Below, piece by piece: positions 27,191 through 38,977 of a DNA stretch of 64,000 nt. This DNA is from Lama glama (taxonomy: Eukaryota). The notes beneath the pieces are model-generated. The model saw only the letters and a list, made by a program, of their open reading frames with translations. It was not told the DNA's origin and did not search any database. The first letter of the stretch is position 1; each line of letters opens with the position of its first letter. A program made the translations under genes and the position numbers. The stretch is from assembly GCA_028534125.1 (NCBI GenBank), contig CM052817.1, positions 51,276,001 to 51,340,000 on the forward strand. Direction: 5' to 3'.

Positions 27191-27879
27191 GTTTTTGTCC
27201 TAACATTTCAGTCCTTTGAGTTGAACTGAAGTTTTAATCTAAACACCAGTGACTATTTGAGTTGTCAATCAACATAACAATGGAAATCATACGCTGATGC
27301 CTGAAATAGAGCCAATAGCTGACTTTTTTGCCCCTTCCTTGCTTACCAGCAATCGGAGCATCAATCATACAACATAATTAACGTGACAAATGAGCAACTG
27401 ACTAGGGCTTTCCAATGACTCAGGAACTGGCAGAAACAAACAAAATCTACAGAAGTCACTCAGATTAGAGACTATGCATCTGCTGTCACCTTATCTTCAG
27501 AGCCCTTGTCCTTGGGTCCTATCCCTCCATATTCAGAAAGTCAGATCATCAAAGACTCTGCAAAATGTTTGAATAGGGTGTGAATGGTGAAGTCTCATGG
27601 TCTGCTGAGACCACTTAAAGTGGTTATACATTGTAGTTATTTAGTTCTATCAGAATTCTTTTAGTTAAATGTAACAAATTTCTTTCTAAATGACAAGTAT
27701 TGGGATTGTTACATTTTTATGTCCCCAAACACATTAAAAAAAAAAAAGGCAAAACGACACTGCATAAGATTAAGACCTAATCTCTCATTAGGTTGTCAGA
27801 GCCAAGGAAAGAAGCCTATGCTAGACAAAAATCTTCTAAGACCCCAGCTTTATCCAGGAATGGATAAGAATGGTATAAA

Positions 27880-28165
27880 TATTGCATTTTATTGGTGTGT
27901 AACCCTGGGCTCAGAGGTGCTAAGTGAGTTTTCCAAGGTTATACAGTAGTAGTAGTGAGTAGTCTATGGGCTTTGGGTTAGTCTTGAGTTCTTAGCCTGA
28001 CATTATCATTTTTCAGCCCTTGGCAAAATTATTTTAATTCTCTTAGGCTCATTCACTTCATCTCTAAAATAAGCGCATCCATACCCACTCCATAGGGTTA
28101 TCCTCATGACTAAATAAATAAGGCCTATAAGCACTTAACCTAGAGTTCCAAGCACATTAATAAAA
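27880..28165. mobile_element. MIR fragments (- 27880-27950; + 27960-28165)
   Basis: 'ggctcagaggtgctaagtgagttttccaaggttatacag' and 'ccttggcaaaattattttaattctcttaggctcattcacttcatctctaaaataag'. Confidence 0.7.
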
Positions 28166-28999
28166 GGAAAAACAAATCATACAGCTATTTGGTTTAATGT
28201 ATTTCATTTATCTTCACTAAATATTTGTTAATTAATTCACCAATATTTTACAATTTTTAAGAGTCAGATCCATATTTCTTAACTATATAAACAGATTTAA
28301 GTTTTACTTTGTATATAGGCTAAACAGTGGCACGTATGCATGTATGCATAAAACTCAAAACCAGATAAACCCAAAACTAAAACCAAGTGGACAAATGAGA
28401 AATCACCAAGTTCAAATATCTTGCTGTCAGGTTCATAAAGCAGTACGGAGCTCATTTGGAGACATACTGTCCAGATGCCAACACTGAGGCTCCTACATAA
28501 AGCTGTTAAGTGAAAATGAGAGAAATTCTTCAGTGGTCCGGTGGACCGCTGTACCCTCTGTCTGCTAACTTAACAAAACACAACAGATGGAAACATCAGG
28601 AAACGCTAGAGCGGGAGTGTGTGCCTGTATGCTTATGTTGGTGTGGGAAGCTTACATGTATCATCCCACTTGACTGAGCTGTTGGCAAAAAAATAATCAG
28701 TGGGAAATGCAGAGTGATTCCAAATTGAACAAATCAATATTTTAAAACTTTACAGAAAAGGTAAGTAAGTGTCAACCTGTCCTGATGGCAGATCAGATGG
28801 CAAATGTAGCTTTGCATTTTGCTAATTCAATTAAAGCCTGAATCAATAACTGCCAATATTTAGAGTGATGTGTTATGGATTATTATAATGAGATGCAACT
28901 TAACTTTACAAATTAGATGTCAAAAGCAAAGTAAGAAAAATCTACGTAAAATATAGTGAAAGTAGGATTGCTAAGCAGTTTTGATATCATATATCTTTT

Positions 29000-29620
29000 A
29001 TTCAGTCAAGTACTCATTGATCGATTCCTTCAACAAATATGTACTGTGAACCTATTACCTGTATGTTTTAGTCTCAGGGGATAAATTAGTGAAAATAGAG
29101 TCTCTGCCCAAAAGGAACTTACAGGCTGGTAGAGTCATTCAGACAATTAGCAAATAAATACTTAAATATATAACATCATTTCAGAGTAAAGAGAAAATGA
29201 TAGGCAGAAATATTTTGATAGAGCAGTTATGGAAGAAATGATATCTACGCAGAGGTAAATAATGTGAGAAGAAGCACAATGCAAACATCCAGGTTAAAAA
29301 TATTCCAGGAAGTGTAAAGAGGAAGAACATGGAGAAAGAGACTGGTGTACTTAAAGTTTATTAAGCTGCCTTGAGCAGTGACAGCAATGGAGAGAAAATG
29401 AGATGGAGTTAAGGAGTTAGACTGGGGGACTGAATCTGGTCCTCAAATACAGTGGAGTTTATATTTCATTGTAATATGATAAGAAGCAACTGGGGGTATG
29501 TAAGCATAAAAATAACATGAAGTAATTCATTTTAAAAATAAATATATTATTAAATATTGTATGGAGAATTGCCCAAAGGAGGCAGTACTGGAGTCAAAGA
29601 TACCAACCAAGAGCTGCCAC
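29000..29620 (-). mobile_element. L2 3' region
   Basis: 'ttccttcaacaaatatgtactgtgaacctatta..tctctgcccaaaaggaacttacaggctggt..tattccaggaagtg..ggagtttatatttcattgtaa' matches reverse L2. Confidence 0.7.
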
Positions 29621-31319
29621 ATACACATGACAACTGAAGGTCATCTCCTTCCAGTGCTACACTTTCTGATGAAAACTGGCTTCCACTCTTGGTAACTTCT
29701 GTGCGCCTGTGGAGTACATTACATTTTTTCAAAAATGTCATGTCATTGAAGTTAGTAGGACTAAAAATACTGTTCTACTTTACAAATTTAGAAACCAAGA
29801 TAAGAATATAGGTGCCCTATCCAAGGCAACTGCAATGTGAGGACTGTGACACAGACCATCCTCGTGCTTCCTGATCTTAAATATATACCTAACTATAGCA
29901 GGTCCTGGGGCGCCTATAATAACTAGCTTAAGCTGCATTCCACCTAAACCCTACGGTTGTAGAGTATTTAACTTAATATATGTATTGACTTTTGTTTAAA
30001 ATGGTATCAGGTTAGCTCAGCCAACACTGTTTACTTCTGCATGTTTGTAAAATACCATAAAAGCAAACAAAGAAGTAAAAACTTATAATAAAAAGGCAAA
30101 CAATTAAATAGTTAATTGATTACAAAAATCTGAGACTCATATTCTCTATCTAAAATAGAATTAACAGTTATAACTGGTGACTGATGACTCCCTGTCAGTC
30201 TAGTACCTTATTCTATTCAAGTCCCCCAACCTCCACTCCCTCGCCCTTAGACTTATATAACTACTGTGCCAGTAACACAAAACAAACAAAATATTCCACC
30301 TCTAAAAAGAGGATATAATAGTTTCTATTTCTCAAGATTACCAGATTGGTATACGAAAGACATAAACAAGAGTAATGGATAGCAGAGCCAAGGGGAAAAG
30401 GATGTAACCCTGTGTGGTTTAAAATTTAAATTGTTACTAGAGTGACAAGTTTAATAATGCCACATATATTGCTATCACTTGTGTATCTTCAATTAACCTT
30501 TCAAGTGTATAGTAATAATTCTGGGGTTTTTTTGTGTGTGTGTATGTGAAATTGTTCTTCAGACACTTTACTTAGTTTTCTTTTAGGTTCATTTGCTATT
30601 TGCTCCTTGATTTATAAGTACTCATTTTACATTAATAAAGTTAAGATTTGCTCTTTATTCTATTTTATTATTTTATTGTTCTTTCACAAGGAAAAGAACT
30701 GTCCCACTTTTTCATTTATTTCTATTGATTCATTCAGAGGCTGAAATAACTAATGAAATTAGCAAGAAAACTTGAAGCAAAACTTCTTTTTTGAGTGAGA
30801 GAGTTCCACAAGTAAATTTCCCTTGGGAGGAACAATATTAGCAAGAGCCCTTGTACATTCTGGGAAATGGAGTTCTTTTTTTAAATTTTAACAAAGCTTC
30901 AGGAAAACACAGTGATGTGAAAGAGCCTAAATAATCAGAATTATACTTGATGAATATCTTCTGGACCTAGAAACTAGTCTAAGAATTCTGCATTTCAGTT
31001 TGCCTCCAGTTGTGGAACTGATGAGAAATTCCAAAATAATCAAGAAGATGAATCTAGGACACACACACATGAAACTACAGATGAATACTGTATTTACATA
31101 TATCCTTCCTCATTCTAGAAAGAGCAAAGAGAAGACACCCAAACTTTAGGTCTATTGGAAAAACAAATCCCTCAAAAGAAGGGAAAAGGAACCCATTTTA
31201 CGAACTTTCAGAAAATTATTCATTGAAATCAGTTTCAAAGAAAACACCTTGGCATCTTCAATAACATAAAATAAATGCATCCTCTATGAAGCAGGAGATA
31301 AGAGCCATCTACTTTTTCA

Positions 31320-33900
31320 CAAAATCATTTATTGAGTGTATACAATACACCTAAAACTCAACTTTGATTGGTGGGCATCTGACTTCAAAAGCAAACAAAA
31401 GCAGAGAGGGGGCTCTTGCTTTCATGGAGTTTATGCAGGAAGAATAACGATGACCAAATTGTCATAAATGAAGACTAAATGAAAACTCTAATCAGTATAT
31501 GGTGTTGTGAAATGTGTGTGTAAAATAGAATTGCTTCCCAGAGAAAGTAACAACTGAGTTAGGAAAGTGTCTAAAGTAAGAGTGGGAATGAACTAGGTAA
31601 AGTTTAAGAAAAACAACATATGTAAAGACACTACTGCAAAATTTGTAGGAAGTATTTAAGAAATTAAAAGAAAGCCAGTGAGATGACTGCAGAGAATTGG
31701 GGGTAGAGTGGAGAAGGTGTTGTATGAGATGATCATAAAGAACTAGTTAAGAATAGATCATGACAGACATTAAATAACAGATTAATGATTTTAATTTATC
31801 TATGAGCAAAGAATGTCATTTAACTTAAGTATAAGAAAGGCATGCTGAGATTTATTTTGAAAATGATCATGCCACAAGAAGAAAAGTGGAAAGGGTAGAT
31901 GGATGTTGGACTACAGTGGAAATAAAATCAGGCGAAAGGTCATTTCAATGGTTTGCATGAGGATGTTGGTAGTGAAGCTGGTCATAAACAGAAAGAATAA
32001 GACATTCTCAGGATGCCAAATCCATCAGAATGTACAGTGGATTAGATGTTGGTTAAATGAAAGTAAAGTATATGGTCTGAATCTTAGGTATATGGCTTGC
32101 ATAAATGGATGAATGTTGTTACCATTTTACTGATAGAGGAACCAGTAGAAAAAAACAAGTTGGAAATTGTATTTTAATAGGGAAGCATTTTAGTTTGTTA
32201 CAGAACATAATAATTCTGATCTATCTTTAAGACATTCAAGTACAAATGTCAAGTGGGTTTTTAAATATACTGTTCTAGAGCTCAGAGAAAAATATCTAGG
32301 CTAGAAGTATAAATTTACATATCGTCAGCATATATGAGATCATTAAAACTGTGAAATGGATGATATAATCTAGAGAAACACATTGAAGGAGAAAGGAAGA
32401 GAACAGAAAGAGAATAGGGGTTGAGAATGTCCAAAATTAAATGGCTGAGTAGAGAAAAGTAGTGAAAGAAAGAAAATGTTTAGCAGAAAAGTCAGAAAAA
32501 GTCTATAAGAGTATAAGGTCATAAAACATAAAGGAATTGTTTACAAAAGTAGGAACTTGTTAACAAAACTGATTGCTGCTAAAAGAACATGAAATTTATA
32601 GACTGAAAAATGGCTTTTTAACTTAACAACATGGAAGTTACTGAAGAATTATGCAAGAGTTACTTGGGGGTAGTGATGAGGAAATAAACAGGACAAGGAA
32701 CAGAAAGAACAAGCTTAGATAAAAATTTTAAAGAGAATAATTGGGGAGAAAATGAGGGATATCTAATAAAAGGTACAGAGAGGAGTATTTGTGAGTGAGT
32801 GGTGTGTGTGTGTGTTTAGTTCTTTTCATTTTATCATTCAATAATAGAGATTTAGGATTTTGCAAGAACAATGGAAAGTATCTGATTGACAAAGGAAAAT
32901 ATAAAAGAGGGAAGAAAAGAAAGACATGGAGAGGGGAGGAGGAGAGAGAGAAAGAATCATTCCGGAGAGGGAGGGGGATGAAAGTGTAAGCTTTCCAAAC
33001 ACATGGATAGAATAGGGTCCAAAAGTACATGTACCTGGGTTAGAGGACACATGAATTAGTTCAGACATAAATAGCTTTAGTAAAGTGGGGTCTTCACTCC
33101 ATCTTTAATTTACAGAGGTCAACAATGGCTTAAAAAAGGTATTTGGGGAATAGTTGAAGCAAGCTGTAGGAATAGAATCCTGTGGTTATAGTACAAAATA
33201 CTTCTTTCAGTGATTTCAGTGCTGTCAGATTGCAACAAACTCCAGTGTGTATTTTGGGAGTGAGTAAATGAGATGAAACTAGTATGATTAATTTGGTGCA
33301 AAAGAGTCAATCAAGAAATTGAGAAGCTTTTGTATTGAATGGATTGTCCATATACATGATGGAATCACCCACTGTAGTGTAAAAGAAGACAGGGAGCCAG
33401 AGTAAAGATTATGAACAATAAAGAAACAGAGTTAAGCTGCTGCTGCCTTTGTAAGGTCAGCACCTGTGGGACATCCAGGCAGAGGGGTCAAAAAGAGAGG
33501 CCATTAAAAAAAAAATATTTATAATAAATAGATGCAATGGTAAGCAACAATGAGAAACAAAAAAGAACACCACTCCAAGTTCTTCTAACCTAAAATCATA
33601 CTGTGAGGAAATAAATACTACTCTCTTAAGAGTAGATTGTAGATCAGTGTAAGCCAAGGAAGTGAACTATTTTTTTACAATAGAGGACGAGAATAAGGGG
33701 AGTTTTGCTGGTTATAGAGTACCAATAGCAAAGGCACTGAAATGTCTGGGGGCTTAGGGGAGAAAAGTAACCTTATATTAAAAGAGAAGTGATGTTAGCA
33801 GTAAAGGAATACAGAACATTGTGGGGAATGCTGGAATCGAAGAGGTTAGATCATTGGATGTGGAAGAGGGCTGATAATGTGTGTATGTGTTTGTGTGTGC
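31320..33900 (-). mobile_element. Long L2 LINE remnant (~2.6 kb)
   Basis: Starts 'catttattgagtgtatacaatacacc', continues with purine-rich reverse L2 motifs 'gaatgttgttaccattttactga..gacattcaagtacaaatgtcaagt..gagctcagagaaaaatatctaggctagaa..ggaatcacccac'. Confidence 0.75.
33427..33483 (+). repeat. 57-bp dispersed direct repeat, copy of L1 5'UTR segment 36898-36954
   Basis: cagagttaagctgctgctg[c/t]ctttgtaaggtcagcacctgtgggacatcca[g/a]gcaga; 55/57 identical. Confidence 0.97.
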
Positions 33901-36900
33901 TAATTATTGAAAATATGGATGAAATACAGGGTGAATTTTGTCTCATGGAAGGGGATGGTATTGTGCCTAATGGTCAGAGAAGCTCTCTTCTTTGCCAGGG
34001 TGATAGTAGACCGAGAAACTGCCAACTCCACAAAGAAACATCAGTACAAGAGAAAAACAGAATATTCAAATAGAAACAAAGGCAACAGTCTGAGATGAAA
34101 GCAAACCTTGGAAACCTGAAAACAGAAGATCTATAGCTATGAGTTATATAGAAGACAGAGTAGAACATTCACAAAATAAAAAAGGAAAGGCAAAGGTTTA
34201 TGGAATTACTTTTTCAAATTCCCCTGCAACAAAATACATCAAAATTAAAGCAAAAAAATTTCTCTTTGTAGCTATACATTTTTAAAATACTGAAAAATAA
34301 ATCAGAGTTCAAAAAAGGACAAGGAAGATTTCCACATTATTATTTGCAACAATAATCCAAAAGACCACCTCAGAGGGGTGCTATTTTAAGAAACTAAAAT
34401 TACTATAATTGTAAATAGTGATGAACAGTATGAACTCTATTTAATTTTAACTAAGATAAAATTGACATATTAACAAAGGAAGAAGACATATCAAAATGTT
34501 AATAAAATTATTTCAAGTAGTGTAAAGAATGATTTTTAAATGTCTTATATTTAACCTATTTGTGTATTATCTGAAAATCCTGTAATCAGAAAAAGATCTT
34601 AAAATCAAAAAGATATTATTTCTGCATGTATATGTGTGTATGTATGTGTGTATATGCCTGTGTGTGTTTGTGCATATGCAGAAGAAGACAGAGATTTTTA
34701 TAAGATTTTATATCACACGTAAATTCCCCCAATTCTCACTGTAACAAGATGATACGTCTATGTAGTGCTAAAATAAGCAATTTAAAGAAAGACAAAATGG
34801 TGCATATGGTTGTCAGCACCCTCTCTGACCTATGGAGCCCACAGAGAAGATGCAGCTATTCATATTGTGTTAATTTTTGTGTTCTTTCCATGCAGAGGAC
34901 AGTTACAGCCAAATTCATTCATTAGTACTTGTTAACACAACGGCCATGGTCTGCCCACCTGGACTCTGGTGCTTTCTAGTTGAGCAGGTCATTCAAGGCT
35001 TGCCCAAGTAACAGATGTTCTCTCTCAAATATTTTTCCCTGTTTAGGGGTTGGGAAAAAAAAATTAAAAGAGACATTGCACCACTCCAAGTGAATTAATA
35101 TGCAGACTTAGAGAGACGTGCACAAATTCAACATGGCTAAAGCACGATGCTAACATTCTCTATAGATAAACATTTTTGTGTGTATACATTGCATATATAC
35201 GTATGTAGTATATGTGCATAAATGGTATTCAAAGGCATAGATTATATGTGTATCTATATACAGATACAGACACACATGCACATGGATATCAATACACTAA
35301 TATAGTTGTTTTTGTGTGTGTTCATGTGAATGTGCACAAATATGTTTCTATATACCTAAAAATGTTTGGAAAGTATGCACAAATCTATTAATAGTTTTTA
35401 TTTCTGTGTAGAGAATTTAACACTGGGAATCTACTTTTATTTTCTTTATTATATAACATTCAATGTTTAATTAGAATCTTCCACTGTGAGACCATGACAC
35501 ACATGATATGCTATTCCAAACTTAGGTGTCCAAGTAAGTGTTCAAAACAATTATCAGGCTGGGTTCATTTTTCCAAAGTTAAGCAGAGAGATTCTATGTG
35601 AAGTTAACTGCTGAAAACCAGCAGCAGCCTCTGGAAAATTTCATTTGAGAGATTCCAGCTGGGGAGCCTCTAAAGAACCCAGCACAACATTTATGGGAAT
35701 GAATAATCTGCTTCAAGCACTGCCAGGTCCAGAGAGTGGAAAGCTTACTTGGGAATAACCATACCACTTGAGGAGGAGCTTTATTATTACCTGAATTATT
35801 CTTCCTAATGGTTTTGAACAGTGAAGTCAAAATATGAGGTAATTAAAATGAAGAAAGAAGTAAATGCATCCTCTTCACCAAATGCAAAGATGAAGGCTGT
35901 GAGGAAAAGACTCTATATGCAAGAGAAGAGAAGTTTACCTTGGAGTGAAAATAGAAGTGTCAATTAACATATTGAGATAGATGCTCTAAGGTTTGAACTG
36001 AAACCATGCTTTTCCACTTCAAATAACTATTTGATTTTCTATTATCTAAGAATAACCAGAGAAGATGAACATTCCCTGAGAGTTTTTATCCAGTAGGAGC
36101 AGGATAATTTACCATTTGAAAAAACAAGTGGGAAACAAAGATATAAATTGTGGACTAGGAGGGGAGTTCGAGATGGCAGAAGAAAACAAGCTCGCCTCCT
36201 CCCACAAATATATAAAGAATACCTCTACATGCGAACAGTTCTCACAGAATACCTACTGAACTCTGGCAGAAGATCTCACACAATCAAAACTACAAGAAAG
36301 ATCACCATGTAACCAGGTAGGATTAAAAAAAAAAAGAAAGAATTAGCATGAGACCTGTACCCCTTGGGAGGGAGCTGTGAAAGAGAAAAGGTTCTCTCAC
36401 CCTGGGAAGCCCCTTCACCAGTGGTGAGACCAGCCAAGACAGATAGGGGAGCTTCAGAGACCTGAAGGAAAGCACAGCAACCTGTTTGCAGCAGGCAGAA
36501 GAGAAAGACAAGCATAGACAATCCATGCCATCTCATTGTACTCCCCAGCCCAAGACACACATGTCTGTTGGTGAGTGCAAGGGCTGGGTGCTGAAACTCA
36601 GTCTTCAGAGGACAGACCTAGGAGGAGGACTGGGTTGGCTGTGCAGAGACAGCCTGAAAGGGGTTGTAGTGTGGCATGGGCCACAAGTGGCAATGTATGC
36701 GAAAGGGCTCAGGTCCATCAAAAAGACCCATTGCTAATGCCCATGAAGGGAGTGGCAGGACCTCACATTGAGAAATTCTTGGGAGGCACACAGCCAGCAA
36801 TTCTCTGCCTCTATAAACTGGGGAAATGCCAGAGCTGGTAGGTTGCCCTCAAGCAAAGGCGAGTCTGAATTCTCAGCCTTGTCCCAGGTGACTTTGGCAG

Positions 36901-37657
36901 AGTTAAGCTGCTGCTGTCTTTGTAAGGTCAGCACCTGTGGGACATCCAAGCAGACTACTGGTGTGCACCTGGGGTAGGTCTAGCATTAGCAGCTACAGAC
37001 TTTAGGGGTGTGTGCATGCAGAGATAGAGCTGGGGTCTGGGATGACGCCATAGTTCCCACATCAGGTCCCAGTAGCTGACTTCAGTGGATCTGCCCTTGT
37101 GAGCACAGCACCTAAGGGACACCTGGGCAGATTGCCTAAATTCCCATGACTGAGGTGGGGCTAAAGGCAGCGCCAACAACAGTGTACTTTGTGAACCCGC
37201 ACAAGGGGTGACAGGCGACACCACAGAGGGCACTTCTCAGTGGACAGCTCCTGCGGAGCAATACTCTGTGACTCCTCTCTCAGCAGAAGTGCTCCACTCC
37301 GGCCTACTTAATACAGCAGATCATAAATAGATGAGAGGGCTTCTACTCCAACAACTGGGGAGCATATTCATACCCCAAAAGGGCTGGGACAATCACGGAA
37401 CAAAGAGGAGGCCCCACTCAACATCCAGTGGAGGACCTGGTACCCATAACACCAATCACACCCCCTATCAAGGGGATAACAACCAGCACACACAGAAGAA
37501 AGACATGGCAGGCATCCATACTAAAAACAGTCCTCACAACAAAAATATTACACTCATACAGGATACATAAGGACTCTCCCAGATTTTAAAAAAGCCCTTC
37601 AAGACCACAATAGATAACTTATTTCCAAACTCTTGGAGTCAGAGAACTATAAGTAAA

Positions 37658-38575
37658 ATAAAGAAGCATAGGAACCACTCCCAGTTAAAAGAATAAGAGA
37701 AATCCCGTGAAATAACAAACAGTGAAACAGACCTCTCCAGTCTACTGGATCCTGAATTCAAAAAGGATGTAATAAAAACACTGAAGGAATTGATGAAAAG
37801 AAGAAGAGCTATCAATAGAAATCCAGAATACCGTGAAAAGGAACTAGAAACTATAAAGAGGAGCCAATTAAAATTAGAAAACTCATTTGCCAAAGTAAAA
37901 GCCAAGCTAAAGGCAATAAATAGTAATGTAATAAACAGCAATAAAAAATGCAGAGAAACAAATAAGTGATCTGGAAGATAGAATAAAGGAAATCACCCAT
38001 TCAGAACAGTAGACAGAAAGACAAATGAAAACAAGAAAGAAAGAAAGAAAGTAATGAGATCTATGGGACACTATAAAGCCTGCCAATCTATGCATAATAG
38101 GATCCCAGAAAAAGAAGAAAGAGAAAATGGGATCAAAAATGTATCTGAAGAAATTATGACTGAAAACTTCCCAAACTTAAAGAAGGGAAGAGATGTCCAG
38201 TACAGGATGCAAAGAGTCCCAAACAAGATGAACCCAAACAGACTGACACCAACAAGACAAATTAAAGTTAAAATGGCAAAACTTTAAGATAAAGAGAGGA
38301 TTATAGAAGCAGCAAAAAAAAAAAAAAAAAAGCACAAGGAAACCACCATAAGGCTATCAGCTAATTTCTCTACAGAAATGTTCCAAGCCAGGGGGGAGAA
38401 GCAAGATATATTAAAAGTCCAGAAAGGGAAAAACTTGCAATCTAAGGTACTCTACCCAGCAGGATTATCATTTAGAATAGGAAAACAGATAAAGAATGTC
38501 TCAGATAAGCAAACATTAAAAGAATACAATGATACTAAATCTATCCTAAAACAAAATTATTGGAAGATCTCTAAA
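37658..38575 (+). pseudogene. L1 ORF1p remnant (disrupted)
   Basis: Fragments 'IPEKEERENGIKNVSEEIMTENFPNLKK..QRVPNKMNPNR' and 'QARGEKQDILKVQKGKNLQSKVLYPAGLSFRI'; stops and frameshifts; start codon appears mutated to ATA. Confidence 0.88.
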
Positions 38576-38977
38576 CAGAAAAGAAAAATCTACAGGAACG
38601 AGAAAGTCACAATTCGAAATTCAATAGTAACTACAATAAATATCAAAAGAATGAACATGAAGATGTAAAAGAAGACATCAAAATCATACATTGTGGAGTG
38701 GGGTAAAGACAATGTAGTTTTTTTTTTCTTTTTCTTATAGAATGTGTTTGAGACTGTATGACTAAAAGTCTATAGCAAGTAAATACAGTAATGGGTTAAC
38801 ATACTGGAAAAACAGGGTAACCACAAATCAAAAACATACAATAGATTCACAAAAACCAAAAAGAAGAGAACTCAAGCATAATACTAAAGAAAATCATCAA
38901 ACCACTAAACAAATAATAAAAGGAAAAAGAAAGAAACAAAGAAGAAATACAAAATCAACTGGAAAACAAGTTTTAAA

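Noticed and set aside
36276..37570. Dense overlapping ORFs on both strands as a gene or ORF0-like product
   Set aside because: Explained by the higher GC of the L1 5'UTR (fewer stop codons); no recognisable protein motif.
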